A stretch of DNA of 64,000 nt, from the NCBI GenBank assembly GCA_035515795.1, contig DATJAY010000035.1, forward strand, positions 220,048 to 284,047, written 5' to 3'. A program made the translations under genes and the position numbers. Position 1 is the first letter of the stretch. Each line of letters starts with the position of its first letter. The notes beneath the pieces were generated by a model, which was not told the origin of the DNA, ran no database searches, and saw nothing but the letters and a program-made list of their open reading frames with translations. This stretch comes from Candidatus Acidiferrales bacterium (GTDB taxonomy: Bacteria; Bacteroidota; Ignavibacteria; Kryptoniales; JAKASW01). Positions 8,095-16,634 of this stretch are shown piece by piece.

Positions 8095-10206
8095 ATGAGG
8101 AAAATGATTTCTATCAGTTTGTCGGTATTATTCCTCACAGTTGGGTTGGCTTTTCCTCAGGCATCCGCACCGAAGCCGGGCATCCAGGTTGTCGGCATGA
8201 CACCTTATACCCTGACGCAGGTTTATGGCTCCAAAGGAAGCTCGATGTATGCCACGACAGGCTTGAATACTGTCGGAGAGAAGACAATCGTCTACCTGCA
8301 GGCGATCGATTCGGCAGGAGGCACAATCCAGTCGGTAACATGGTCGGTTGTTGATCCACAAGGCAGCCAAGCGCAGATAGACAGCGCAAGTGCCCCATTC
8401 ACCACCATTACCGTTGATACGACCGGACAGTATACAGTTCATCTTTCAATAACCACTCAAGGCGGATCAGCAAGCGCTTCCACTGTAATTACTTCTGCAA
8501 ATTATGTGGGTGTCGGCACGATGGGCATTGCGACAAATGACACCATGAGTGCTGATACTAAGTTTGCTAATTTCCCGCAGTGCGCATACTGCCATGAGTT
8601 TCTCAGCCCGTCAACGGACAGGACGGCTGATGCTCCTCATTGGTCGCAGACCGAGCACGCGGGCATGTTTAAGAATGGGATCAATGGTCACGTCAGTTCA
8701 CATTATGGCTCATCCTGCATGAAGTGCCACACCACCGGCTACAATCCCAACGCCGCGAATGGAAACTTTGCGGACATCAAGAATCGGGTTGGATGGACAT
8801 TCCCAACCGTACTTAACGACAGCAACTTCGCTCATCTGTTCCGCACCTCTCCTGCACTCGCACAGTTAGGAACCATCGGGTGCGAGAGCTGTCATGGCCC
8901 TGGCGATCAGCACGAGGGCGATCCGACGAAAATATCGGTGTCCCTCGGCTCTTCGGTATGTTTGCAGTGCCACGACTCACCTCCGAATGAGATCGAAGGA
9001 AGAATGTGGATGAACAGCCCGCACGACAGCGGAATGGCTGCGATACAAGCCGAAGAATCTCTCGTAAACAGCGGCTCATCAACATGCGGGCAATGTCATA
9101 ACGGTGGAGGGTTTGCAGACTACGCTCTGGGAAATTCTCTTCAATCGATGTACAGCCCGCTCCCATTGACATGCGCCGGGTGCCACGATCCTCACGATGC
9201 ATCGAAACCGTACCAGCTTAGAAAAGTCACTGCCGACACGTTGACGAACGGATTTGAAATAACCGAAGGCGGAGTTGGACAGCTTTGCATGAATTGCCAT
9301 AGATCTCGCTCGAGCGCCACCGTGGCGGTCGCAAAAGGCTGGTCTTCTCACTATGGACCACACGAGGGACCACAAACCGATCTGTTCTTCGGTCAGAACG
9401 GATATCAGTTCGGCGACAACACGATTACGGGTCTTAACACGCATGCACAACTTGCCGACGCGTGCGTAACATGTCATATGGCAACCGACACGCTTGATGC
9501 GAAAGCGAAAAACCTGCTGGGCGGCCACACATGGAAAATGAGCGGACCAGACAGCACGGGCAATCAAGTCGACAATACAACAGCGTGCCAGTCCTGCCAC
9601 GGACCGATCACAGATTTTGATCAGATTCCCGCTCCTTATGACTATGCCGGCATCGCCAACGGCGGACCGATTCCAGGAGTTCAGACCGAAGTGGATTCTC
9701 TGCTGAGCAAGCTCGCCTCCATACTTCCTGACTCATTGGTCAATGGAACCATTAGCTCAAGTGGTGCCAAAGCTCTCACGCAGAATCAATTGGGCGCATA
9801 TTGGGATTACCTGCTGGTTATTAAAGATGGAAGCCATGGCGTTCACAACGCAAAATATACTTTTGCATTGTTACAAAGAGCGCTCGGTCAGCTCACCGGA
9901 GTGAAAGTTGTAAGCGACAATAGGCCACGATCTTACGCTCTGGAACAAAATTACCCAAACCCGTTTAACCCGACGACCACAATAAATTTCTCGGTCCCCA
10001 AGACAGGGATGGTCAACGTCTCGGTTTACAATTCGATAGGACAGCTAGTCAAGGTATTGAGTAACGACAACTACGTTCCGGGCACGTACCAGATAACATG
10101 GAACGGTGCGAATGGTGCAGGAACTCCAGTTGCCAGCGGAGTGTATTTTTACAGGTTAGCTGCAAAAGATTACACCAACACGATGAAAATGGTATTTCTC
10201 AAGTAA
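8095..10206 (+). CDS. Secreted multihaem (nine CXXCH) c-type cytochrome with T9SS C-terminal sorting domain
   Basis: SD AAGGAG and a signal peptide. Nine CXXCH motifs: CAYCH, CMKCH, CESCH, CLQCH, CGQCH, CAGCH, CMNCH, CVTCH, CQSCH. The last ~85 aa (nt ~9931-10203) read NYPNPFNPTTTINFSVP...GVYFYRL...MVFLK, a Por_Secre_tail-like pattern. Confidence 0.85.
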   Translation: MRKMISISLSVLFLTVGLAFPQASAPKPGIQVVGMTPYTLTQVYGSKGSSMYATTGLNTVGEKTIVYLQAIDSAGGTIQSVTWSVVDPQGSQAQIDSASAPFTTITVDTTGQYTVHLSITTQGGSASASTVITSANYVGVGTMGIATNDTMSADTKFANFPQCAYCHEFLSPSTDRTADAPHWSQTEHAGMFKNGINGHVSSHYGSSCMKCHTTGYNPNAANGNFADIKNRVGWTFPTVLNDSNFAHLFRTSPALAQLGTIGCESCHGPGDQHEGDPTKISVSLGSSVCLQCHDSPPNEIEGRMWMNSPHDSGMAAIQAEESLVNSGSSTCGQCHNGGGFADYALGNSLQSMYSPLPLTCAGCHDPHDASKPYQLRKVTADTLTNGFEITEGGVGQLCMNCHRSRSSATVAVAKGWSSHYGPHEGPQTDLFFGQNGYQFGDNTITGLNTHAQLADACVTCHMATDTLDAKAKNLLGGHTWKMSGPDSTGNQVDNTTACQSCHGPITDFDQIPAPYDYAGIANGGPIPGVQTEVDSLLSKLASILPDSLVNGTISSSGAKALTQNQLGAYWDYLLVIKDGSHGVHNAKYTFALLQRALGQLTGVKVVSDNRPRSYALEQNYPNPFNPTTTINFSVPKTGMVNVSVYNSIGQLVKVLSNDNYVPGTYQITWNGANGAGTPVASGVYFYRLAAKDYTNTMKMVFLK

Positions 10207-10230
10207 AACGAGAGATGGATAAGCACCACC

Positions 10231-10266
10231 AATCCCGCAAAGGCATAACCTTTGCGGGATTTTTTA
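10231..10266. terminator. Bidirectional terminator between convergent cytochrome and yraN genes
   Basis: 13-bp perfect stem AATCCCGCAAAGG / CCTTTGCGGGATT with loop CATAA and a T-tract after it. Confidence 0.7.
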
Positions 10267-10268
10267 TT

Positions 10269-10619
10269 TTAGAACGCATTCTCTATTACTCGAATCCTGG
10301 TCTCACTTCGTCTAATCTCCACAACCACAACATCAAATCTGAACTCATAGTCCTCAAGGTTTCGTTCCGCAATATACCCTTCGGCCACTTTGCGTATCTG
10401 ATCCTGTTTCTCCGAATTCACGGCCTCTTCCCCGGTTCCATAAGTATCGCCCGTTCTTGTTTTGACTTCACAGAACGAAATGAGCTTTCCCCTCCTTACG
10501 ATGATATCGATTTCACCGTGGCCGTATCTGAAATTTCTTTCGACTATCTCGAATCCATGACGGCTCAGGAACTCTGCCGCAAGATTCTCCCCCCTTGCAC
10601 CCACAAGTTTATTCGACAT
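10269..10619 (-). CDS. yraN: YraN-family endonuclease (UPF0102)
   Basis: GARGENLAAEFL, GEIDIIV, FCEVKTR. I place the start at ATG 10619 (MSNKLVG), which avoids overlap with rnhB. The ORF track extends to 10673. Confidence 0.85.
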   Translation of the reverse strand: MSNKLVGARGENLAAEFLSRHGFEIVERNFRYGHGEIDIIVRRGKLISFCEVKTRTGDTYGTGEEAVNSEKQDQIRKVAEGYIAERNLEDYEFRFDVVVVEIRRSETRIRVIENAF

Positions 10620-10626
10620 CGTTTTC

Positions 10627-11250
10627 TTAAAGGGCAATAGAAAAACTTCTGCGGTGTATCGGTGAAAACCCACGCTCGCGAATCGCTTGCAGATGCTCGG
10701 CAGTCAGGTATCCTTTATTTTTATCAAAGAAATAGCCGGGAAAATCCTCTGAATAGCCGTACATCAACGCATCTCGTGAAGTCTTTGCGAGGATAGACGC
10801 CGCAGCGATTGAAAAAACATCCCGATCACCCTTGATAATGGAGACGCATGTGAAATTTCTTAGGTTCAAGAATTTTCCGTCGATCAGAACAACTTGCGGC
10901 TTGATCTTCAGCGACTCGATTGCTCTTAATACTGCAAGCCGCGTCGCATTTAAAATGTTTATCGAATCGATTGTTCCATTAGTGATATGAGCCACCGAGA
11001 AGTCAAGTGCGCTGTCTTTGATTATTGCCGCTACGGCTCCGCGTTGTCTCTCCGGAATTTGTTTGGAATCGCAAACGCTTCCGACAATCTCTCCGGACAA
11101 ATTTTCGATCCGGGTCCTATGAAAAATTACGGCAGCTGCTGTTACTGGTCCTGCTACAGGTCCCCTTCCGGCTTCATCGACGCCCGCAACATATTCCACG
11201 CCCTCCCGTAAGAACATTCTTTCTAACTCGACCGTGGGGAATTGCTTCAT
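10627..11250 (-). CDS. rnhB: Ribonuclease HII
   Basis: VAGVDEAGRGPVAGPV, SIAAASILAK, GYxSD-type C-terminal region. The conserved rnhB-yraN gene order is present. Confidence 0.9.
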   Translation of the reverse strand: MKQFPTVELERMFLREGVEYVAGVDEAGRGPVAGPVTAAAVIFHRTRIENLSGEIVGSVCDSKQIPERQRGAVAAIIKDSALDFSVAHITNGTIDSINILNATRLAVLRAIESLKIKPQVVLIDGKFLNLRNFTCVSIIKGDRDVFSIAAASILAKTSRDALMYGYSEDFPGYFFDKNKGYLTAEHLQAIRERGFSPIHRRSFSIAL

Positions 11251-11344
11251 TTCGCACCTAATTTAACTAATATTCCTGAGATTATTCCCCGGCATTTCTC
11301 AATCTACGGTTGATAATTGAGGCGCCGTTTGTTAAGATACTATC

Positions 11345-12622
11345 GTGAAAATGACACTGGCAGCGTGTCTGATATTTTTTTTCTTCTGCAGTGCTTATGG
11401 CAGCAGGAAAATTTTACTGATACGCGTCGATCGAACGATTAATCCTGCTACGGCAGAATATATAATCAACTCCATCTCGAAGGCTGAAGCTGAACATGTT
11501 AGTGCGTTGGTGATTGAAATGGATACCCCCGGCGGATTGCTCGAAGCTACAAGAAAAATCGTTCAGGGGATTCTCGGTTCGTCCGTTCCTGTAATTGTCT
11601 ACGTTGCGCCGAGCGGTGCACGAGCGGGCTCTGCTGGTGTTTTCATTACCCTTTCCGCAAATATCGCTGCCATGGCGCCGGGCACCAACATAGGTGCAGC
11701 GCATCCTGTTGGTGCGGGAGCGGAGGACACATCCTCCGTGATGTCGGAGAAAGTGACGAATGACGCAGCGGCGTTTGTCAGGGCAATCGCGCAGAAGCGG
11801 CATAGAAACGTAACGTGGGCTGAACGCGCGGTCCGCCGCAGCATATCGAATTCAGAATCGGAAGCTCTCAAGCAGAAAGTTATCGATTTGATTTCGCCAA
11901 ACTTGGACAGCCTCTTGAAAGGAATCGATGGGAAAATGGTCGAGACGAGTGAAGGCTCAATTAAACTGGAAACTGCGGATGCGCAAGTGGAATTTGTGCC
12001 TATGAATTGGCGCGAGAAATTCCTGGGAACGATAAGCGACCCGAATATCACTTATATTCTCATGATGATCGGCGTTTTCGGAATTATGTTCGAGCTTTTC
12101 AATCCGGGCGCCATATTACCCGGTGTCGTCGGCGCAATTTCCCTCATACTCGCGTTCTATTCTTTTCAGACGTTGCCTATAAATTATGCCGGCCTCGCAT
12201 TGATAGTCCTGGCGATCATTCTTTTCATTGCCGAGGTCAAAGTGATGAGCCATGGTCTCCTTGCTATCGGAGGAATCATCTCATTATTTCTTGGTTCGGT
12301 GATGTTGATCAGCTCGCCGTTTGAAGTCGCAAGCGTTTCGCTAAGCGTTATAGTAACTACAGTCATCGTAGCTGCAGCCTTCTTCCTTGGAATAATCGGT
12401 CTCGGTTTAAAAGCCCAACGGAAGAAATCTGCAACGGGCATCGAAGGAATGATCGGCGAGGAAGGAGCAGTTATCTCGGAGATCAGACCCGGAACAGTCG
12501 GCCAGGTTCTCGTTCACGGAGAAATATGGAAAGCCTCTTCCGACGAAAAGCTGAAAGCTGGTGAGAAAGTTGAAGTCGAATCATTTTCAAGCTGGATCTT
12601 AAAAGTTAAACCAAAAAAGTAG
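11345..12622 (+). CDS. NfeD-family membrane-bound serine protease (ClpP-class N-domain, TM region, C-terminal OB domain)
   Basis: [34 protein letters not shown], then 4-5 hydrophobic helices and a C-terminal beta domain. TAG stop. Immediately upstream of a stomatin gene, the classic operon. Confidence 0.85.
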   Translation: MKMTLAACLIFFFFCSAYGSRKILLIRVDRTINPATAEYIINSISKAEAEHVSALVIEMDTPGGLLEATRKIVQGILGSSVPVIVYVAPSGARAGSAGVFITLSANIAAMAPGTNIGAAHPVGAGAEDTSSVMSEKVTNDAAAFVRAIAQKRHRNVTWAERAVRRSISNSESEALKQKVIDLISPNLDSLLKGIDGKMVETSEGSIKLETADAQVEFVPMNWREKFLGTISDPNITYILMMIGVFGIMFELFNPGAILPGVVGAISLILAFYSFQTLPINYAGLALIVLAIILFIAEVKVMSHGLLAIGGIISLFLGSVMLISSPFEVASVSLSVIVTTVIVAAAFFLGIIGLGLKAQRKKSATGIEGMIGEEGAVISEIRPGTVGQVLVHGEIWKASSDEKLKAGEKVEVESFSSWILKVKPKK

Positions 12623-12630
12623 AGGGTTGT

Positions 12631-13404
12631 ATGGAGTCAAGTTCCCTGTTAACCATTGTAATAATAGTTGCAATTTTCTTGTTTTTCCTCGCAGTGAGTG
12701 CAATCAAAATTTTGAGAGAATACGAGCGCGCAGTGATTTTTAGACTCGGGAGGCTTCTGGGATCGAAAGGACCGGGCTTGATCATTCTCATACCGATAAT
12801 CGATAAGATGGTACGCGTGAGTTTAAGAACCATCGCCTTAGATGTTCCGCCGCAGGATATCATTACGCGCGACAACGTTTCCATAAAAGTCAGCGCCGTA
12901 ATTTATTTCAGAGTGATCGACGCAAAGAAAGCAATTGTCGAGGTGGAAGATTATCTGTTCGCCACGAGCCAGATGTCGCAGACAACTCTGCGCAGCATCC
13001 TCGGTCAGTCGGAACTCGACGATCTGCTGTCGCAGCGCGACAAGATAAACAAGGAGCTACAGGGAATTATCGACAGCCACACTGAGCCGTGGGGAATAAA
13101 AGTATCGAATGTCGAAGTCAAACAAATCGACCTGCCGCAGGAGATGCAGCGGGCGATGGCGAAACAAGCCGAAGCGGAGCGCGAGAGGCGCTCGAAAGTC
13201 ATTGCGGCAGAAGGCGAATTCCAGGCTTCACAGCGTCTGGCGGATGCCGCAAAAATCCTGAGCGATCAGCCGAGTGCACTGACGCTTCGTTACCTCCAAA
13301 CTTTACGAGAGATTGCAACGGAAAACAATTCAACCACGATTTTCCCCGTGCCGATAGATTTGCTCGCTCCATTTCTCGGGAAGAAATTGGATCCGAAGAA
13401 ATAA
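12631..13404 (+). CDS. SPFH/Band 7 stomatin-like protein (slipin)
   Basis: N-terminal TM, then [40 protein letters not shown], and an EAERERR coiled-coil tail. SD GAGGG. Confidence 0.9.
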   Translation: MESSSLLTIVIIVAIFLFFLAVSAIKILREYERAVIFRLGRLLGSKGPGLIILIPIIDKMVRVSLRTIALDVPPQDIITRDNVSIKVSAVIYFRVIDAKKAIVEVEDYLFATSQMSQTTLRSILGQSELDDLLSQRDKINKELQGIIDSHTEPWGIKVSNVEVKQIDLPQEMQRAMAKQAEAERERRSKVIAAEGEFQASQRLADAAKILSDQPSALTLRYLQTLREIATENNSTTIFPVPIDLLAPFLGKKLDPKK

Positions 13405-13432
13405 ATAATTTCTCGTCTTAATCTGCAGTAAT

Positions 13433-13469
13433 AAAAAGCCCGTTCACGTAAAATGTGATCGGGCTTTTT
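13433..13469. terminator. Bidirectional terminator between convergent genes
   Basis: A5-GCCCGTTCAC-loop-GTGATCGGGC-T5, with one mismatch in the stem. Confidence 0.7.
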
Positions 13470-13489
13470 GACGACACAAAATTATTTGC

Positions 13490-14212
13490 TTACGACCACG
13501 TTCCCGTGGCAATAACGTTAGTACCAGTATCGTCCCACTCCGTGTAATGTCCCGACCCGTTGGATAGCCACACTATGTCCGCGGTCTCCACCGTGCCTGT
13601 GTAAACTACTAACTCGCCGCTTTTATCCTTATTGTCCGTGAAAACATATTTTCCTTGTTGCGCACCTGTGTCGTCATTGAGGACAATCGTTCCGCTCATA
13701 TTTCCACCGGCGTCCGTCGTCCAGGTAATTGTGAACTCGACCAGCGTGGTTCCTGGAAAATAAGCTGTCCAGTTGCCATTCTTACCGTCGCTGCTTTCAT
13801 GTCCGCTTATTGCGGTCCAGTTACTCACGGTGACGTTTGTACCATTTGAGCTCCAGGTGCCACTGACAACAAGCTTCCAATCGTAACCGCTTGATCCTGC
13901 GGTGGCAGTCCAAGTCGCCGTCGTTCCATTGTTGGTCGCCGTCCATGTCCACGTACCGTTGTTTTGCGTGCTCGTTCCTGTCATAAATCCCAAATATGAA
14001 GCAGACGTCGCATTGAAAAGACCCGCGACGCTGACAGCGGTCTGTGCCCCGAAGCTTGTGTCTGCAGTCGGTGACGTCGAGCTCGGGCCGGCAAAAGTCG
14101 GTGCGGTAAGCGTAGGCGGTGTATTATTGCTCGATGTGCTGCTTTTCGAACAGCTTGCCACAAGCACCGCTAACATCAACACCAGTGTAACACGGGTTAA
14201 GTTTTTCAACAT
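13490..14212 (-). CDS. Hypothetical lipoprotein, Thr/Trp/Gly-rich beta protein
   Basis: Signal peptide ending LVASC (lipobox-like). An S/T-rich linker is followed by repeated TWT/NWT/GTW beta-strand-like motifs. No family recognised. Confidence 0.55.
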   Translation of the reverse strand: MLKNLTRVTLVLMLAVLVASCSKSSTSSNNTPPTLTAPTFAGPSSTSPTADTSFGAQTAVSVAGLFNATSASYLGFMTGTSTQNNGTWTWTATNNGTTATWTATAGSSGYDWKLVVSGTWSSNGTNVTVSNWTAISGHESSDGKNGNWTAYFPGTTLVEFTITWTTDAGGNMSGTIVLNDDTGAQQGKYVFTDNKDKSGELVVYTGTVETADIVWLSNGSGHYTEWDDTGTNVIATGTWS

Positions 14213-14524
14213 CAGAAGTTCCTCCTTCGTTTGTTTTAAGATTTGTTTAGACTCAGCTTCTCAATCTCTGTTGAGTAATAAGCTAAAACTTCTTGTCGTC
14301 ATTGGCAAGGGATTTCCATCACAGCCCTGAAATTTATTATGCATTGTTCCTAACCGGCAACGGATGTTATTGATGTGTTTTACATCATGGTTATGCCGGA
14401 GATTTTTCGGCGTCCGGTTTTGAGACTGCGATCCACCCGGGGAGTGGGGCGACAAACTGGTTTAGTACCAATGGATTTGTATTCGATTCCTTATGAAGTT
14501 AAATTGCAAATGGAGAATGATCCT

Positions 14525-15424
14525 ATGAAGCGGACGGTTTTACTCGTTTTTTTTGCGCTTATGTCCACTGCGATGGCGCAGGAAATAGATTGCACAGTTA
14601 CACTGAATGCGGATGCGATGAATCCCTCCGACCGTGTTGACATCCAAAATCTCGGAACAGCTATTCAAAACTACATCAATAGCTACAGATGGACGGGTGA
14701 GGAATTCAAGGGACCGAAGATTAAAGTCACTCTGACGATTTATCTGATGTCCATCTCGACTCCAACCTCTACAACCGGAAAAGTCTACACCGCGCAGGCT
14801 TTTGTTGCGAGTCAGCGCCCGATTTACAGGTCGACCAATGTTTCCCCGATGGTACGTGTCATAGATAACTCGTGGCAATTTGTCTATCAGAAAGACCAGC
14901 CCATGCGCCATGATGAGTTCCACTTCGACCCGATGGCAGGATTCATAGATTATTACATGTTTGTGGTTCTCGGCTTCGATTACGATTCTTACGATCCGTT
15001 AGGAGGGTCGAAATTTTTCCAGCGTGCATCGAACATCGTGGCACAAGCACAGAACAGCGATTATTCGCAGGGATGGACGCCCGGGGGATCGGGTACTTAC
15101 TCAAGGTATGCAGTCGTCAATGATGCGCTGTCCGGGCAATATGAGACTTTCAGAAAAGCATTCTACGATTACGAGTACAACGGCATCGATCTTCTCTCGA
15201 CTCAAAAAGATTCGGCGCAGGCAACAGTCGCCAGAGCGTTGGACAAGATGGCTGATTTAGTTATCCAGTCAGGGACCCGCAGCGCTTTCGTCAAGGCCTT
15301 CTTCGATGCAAAGTACCTCGAAATCGCCGACGCTTTGAAAGATTACCCCGACAAGGCAATCCTCCAAAAGTTATCGATCGCCGACCAGGCACATCAATCT
15401 ACCTACTCAAAATATTTGAACTGA
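14525..15424 (+). CDS. DUF4835-family protein (PorD-like, T9SS-associated family)
   Basis: SD GGAGA plus ATG 14525 (the ORF track starts upstream at 14375). Signal peptide, then QEIDCTVTLNAD, SQRPIYRS, RYAVVNDALSGQYETFRKAFYDYEYNGID, FFDAKYLEI. Matches my recollection of DUF4835 proteins. Confidence 0.65.
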   Translation: MKRTVLLVFFALMSTAMAQEIDCTVTLNADAMNPSDRVDIQNLGTAIQNYINSYRWTGEEFKGPKIKVTLTIYLMSISTPTSTTGKVYTAQAFVASQRPIYRSTNVSPMVRVIDNSWQFVYQKDQPMRHDEFHFDPMAGFIDYYMFVVLGFDYDSYDPLGGSKFFQRASNIVAQAQNSDYSQGWTPGGSGTYSRYAVVNDALSGQYETFRKAFYDYEYNGIDLLSTQKDSAQATVARALDKMADLVIQSGTRSAFVKAFFDAKYLEIADALKDYPDKAILQKLSIADQAHQSTYSKYLN

Positions 15425-15525
15425 ATTATACTATAAATATTCTGTCACCGTAGGGCAGCCGGGCTGTCTATACTGGTTCCGAAGTTATATTCCGAAACAA
15501 CAAGCGAAAAACAGCAGGAGTTGTT

Positions 15526-16449
15526 GTGAGGGAGGTAGGTTATGTGCCTCGGCATGATGTCGAAATAATAAAAGGATGTTGTTTCCCCCTTATTGCTTTC
15601 TCGCTGATCGTTGTTCTATCGTTTCACGATTCATTTGCCGGTTTTGAACGACGATATGCTGGAACACGCTCAATCGGCACAGCCGGGACTCTATGCTCCT
15701 TCGGCGAAGACCCGTGGTCATTTTATTACAACCCGGCACACGCCGCGGACATAAAAGAGCTAAGCGTTTTTTTCATTCCTTCCGTCTTAGGTATTCCGGA
15801 AATCAAATCGACGGGGATCGCTTACCGCAATAATTTTGAAGGGATGGATTTCAGCGGCGCTGCCCAAACTTTCGGATTCGACCTCTACCGTGAAAATATT
15901 TTTACACTCAATTTATCCGTACCGCTGTATGATTTTTTCTTCCTAGGCGGAAACATAAATGCGAATCACCTTTATATAAAAGACTACGGTACCGATTTAT
16001 CCATCAGTATCGATGCGGGGGCAAAAATGTTTTTGTCGAGAAATTTCTCGCTGGGATTCAGTGTGACAAATCTAAATTCTGCTTCAGCGACACTTTCAAA
16101 CGACAGGCTCCCGCAAACTCTTTCTGGCGGAATCGCATTCGTGTCCGATGAATTGAACGTTGGTTTAGAATACTTCAAAGAGCTTGGATTCCCTTCATCC
16201 GTAAGGATTGCTGCCGAATACTCACCAATAAAATTTGTCACCGTTAGGGGAGGATCGGCCAGCGGAACCAGCTCATTCAATACGGGAATTGCCGTGAAAT
16301 TCCTGTCGTTTGAATTGGAATACGGAGCGGCTTTCCATCAAGTCCTCGGTGTCACCCAGTCTTTTGGTCTTTCATTTAACTTTTCCCATGATGGAAAGAC
16401 GGAGTTTGAAAAGGTCGATGATTATCGCGAAGAAGTGAGAAGAAGGTGA
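15526..16449 (+). CDS. Putative outer-membrane beta-barrel protein (PorV/PorQ/FadL-like N-terminal motif)
   Basis: AGGAG SD plus GTG start. Hydrophobic leader. GTRSIGTAGT...DPWSFYYNPA resembles the GARALGMGGA...NPA signature. Amphipathic strands alternate to ..FGLSFNF. Confidence 0.5.
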   Translation: MREVGYVPRHDVEIIKGCCFPLIAFSLIVVLSFHDSFAGFERRYAGTRSIGTAGTLCSFGEDPWSFYYNPAHAADIKELSVFFIPSVLGIPEIKSTGIAYRNNFEGMDFSGAAQTFGFDLYRENIFTLNLSVPLYDFFFLGGNINANHLYIKDYGTDLSISIDAGAKMFLSRNFSLGFSVTNLNSASATLSNDRLPQTLSGGIAFVSDELNVGLEYFKELGFPSSVRIAAEYSPIKFVTVRGGSASGTSSFNTGIAVKFLSFELEYGAAFHQVLGVTQSFGLSFNFSHDGKTEFEKVDDYREEVRRR

Positions 16450-16634
16450 TAGAACCTCATACTGTAGATTCCCAATCCTGTTCCGGATTCCTGTCAGGAA
16501 ATTCTTTATTGGACATTTGTAATTCAATGTTTGCCGCCCATTATTCTGTACAAGAAAATATCTGTGGTTGCCGCCTGGCATCACGCACACCTTATCCAGA
16601 ATAATTGAGCGCGATAAATAATTTTTAGGGGGCA

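Noticed and set aside
10098-10640. 180-codon plus-strand ORF spanning the cytochrome gene end, the terminator and yraN antisense.
   Set aside because: It crosses a strong terminator hairpin and overlaps two supported genes.
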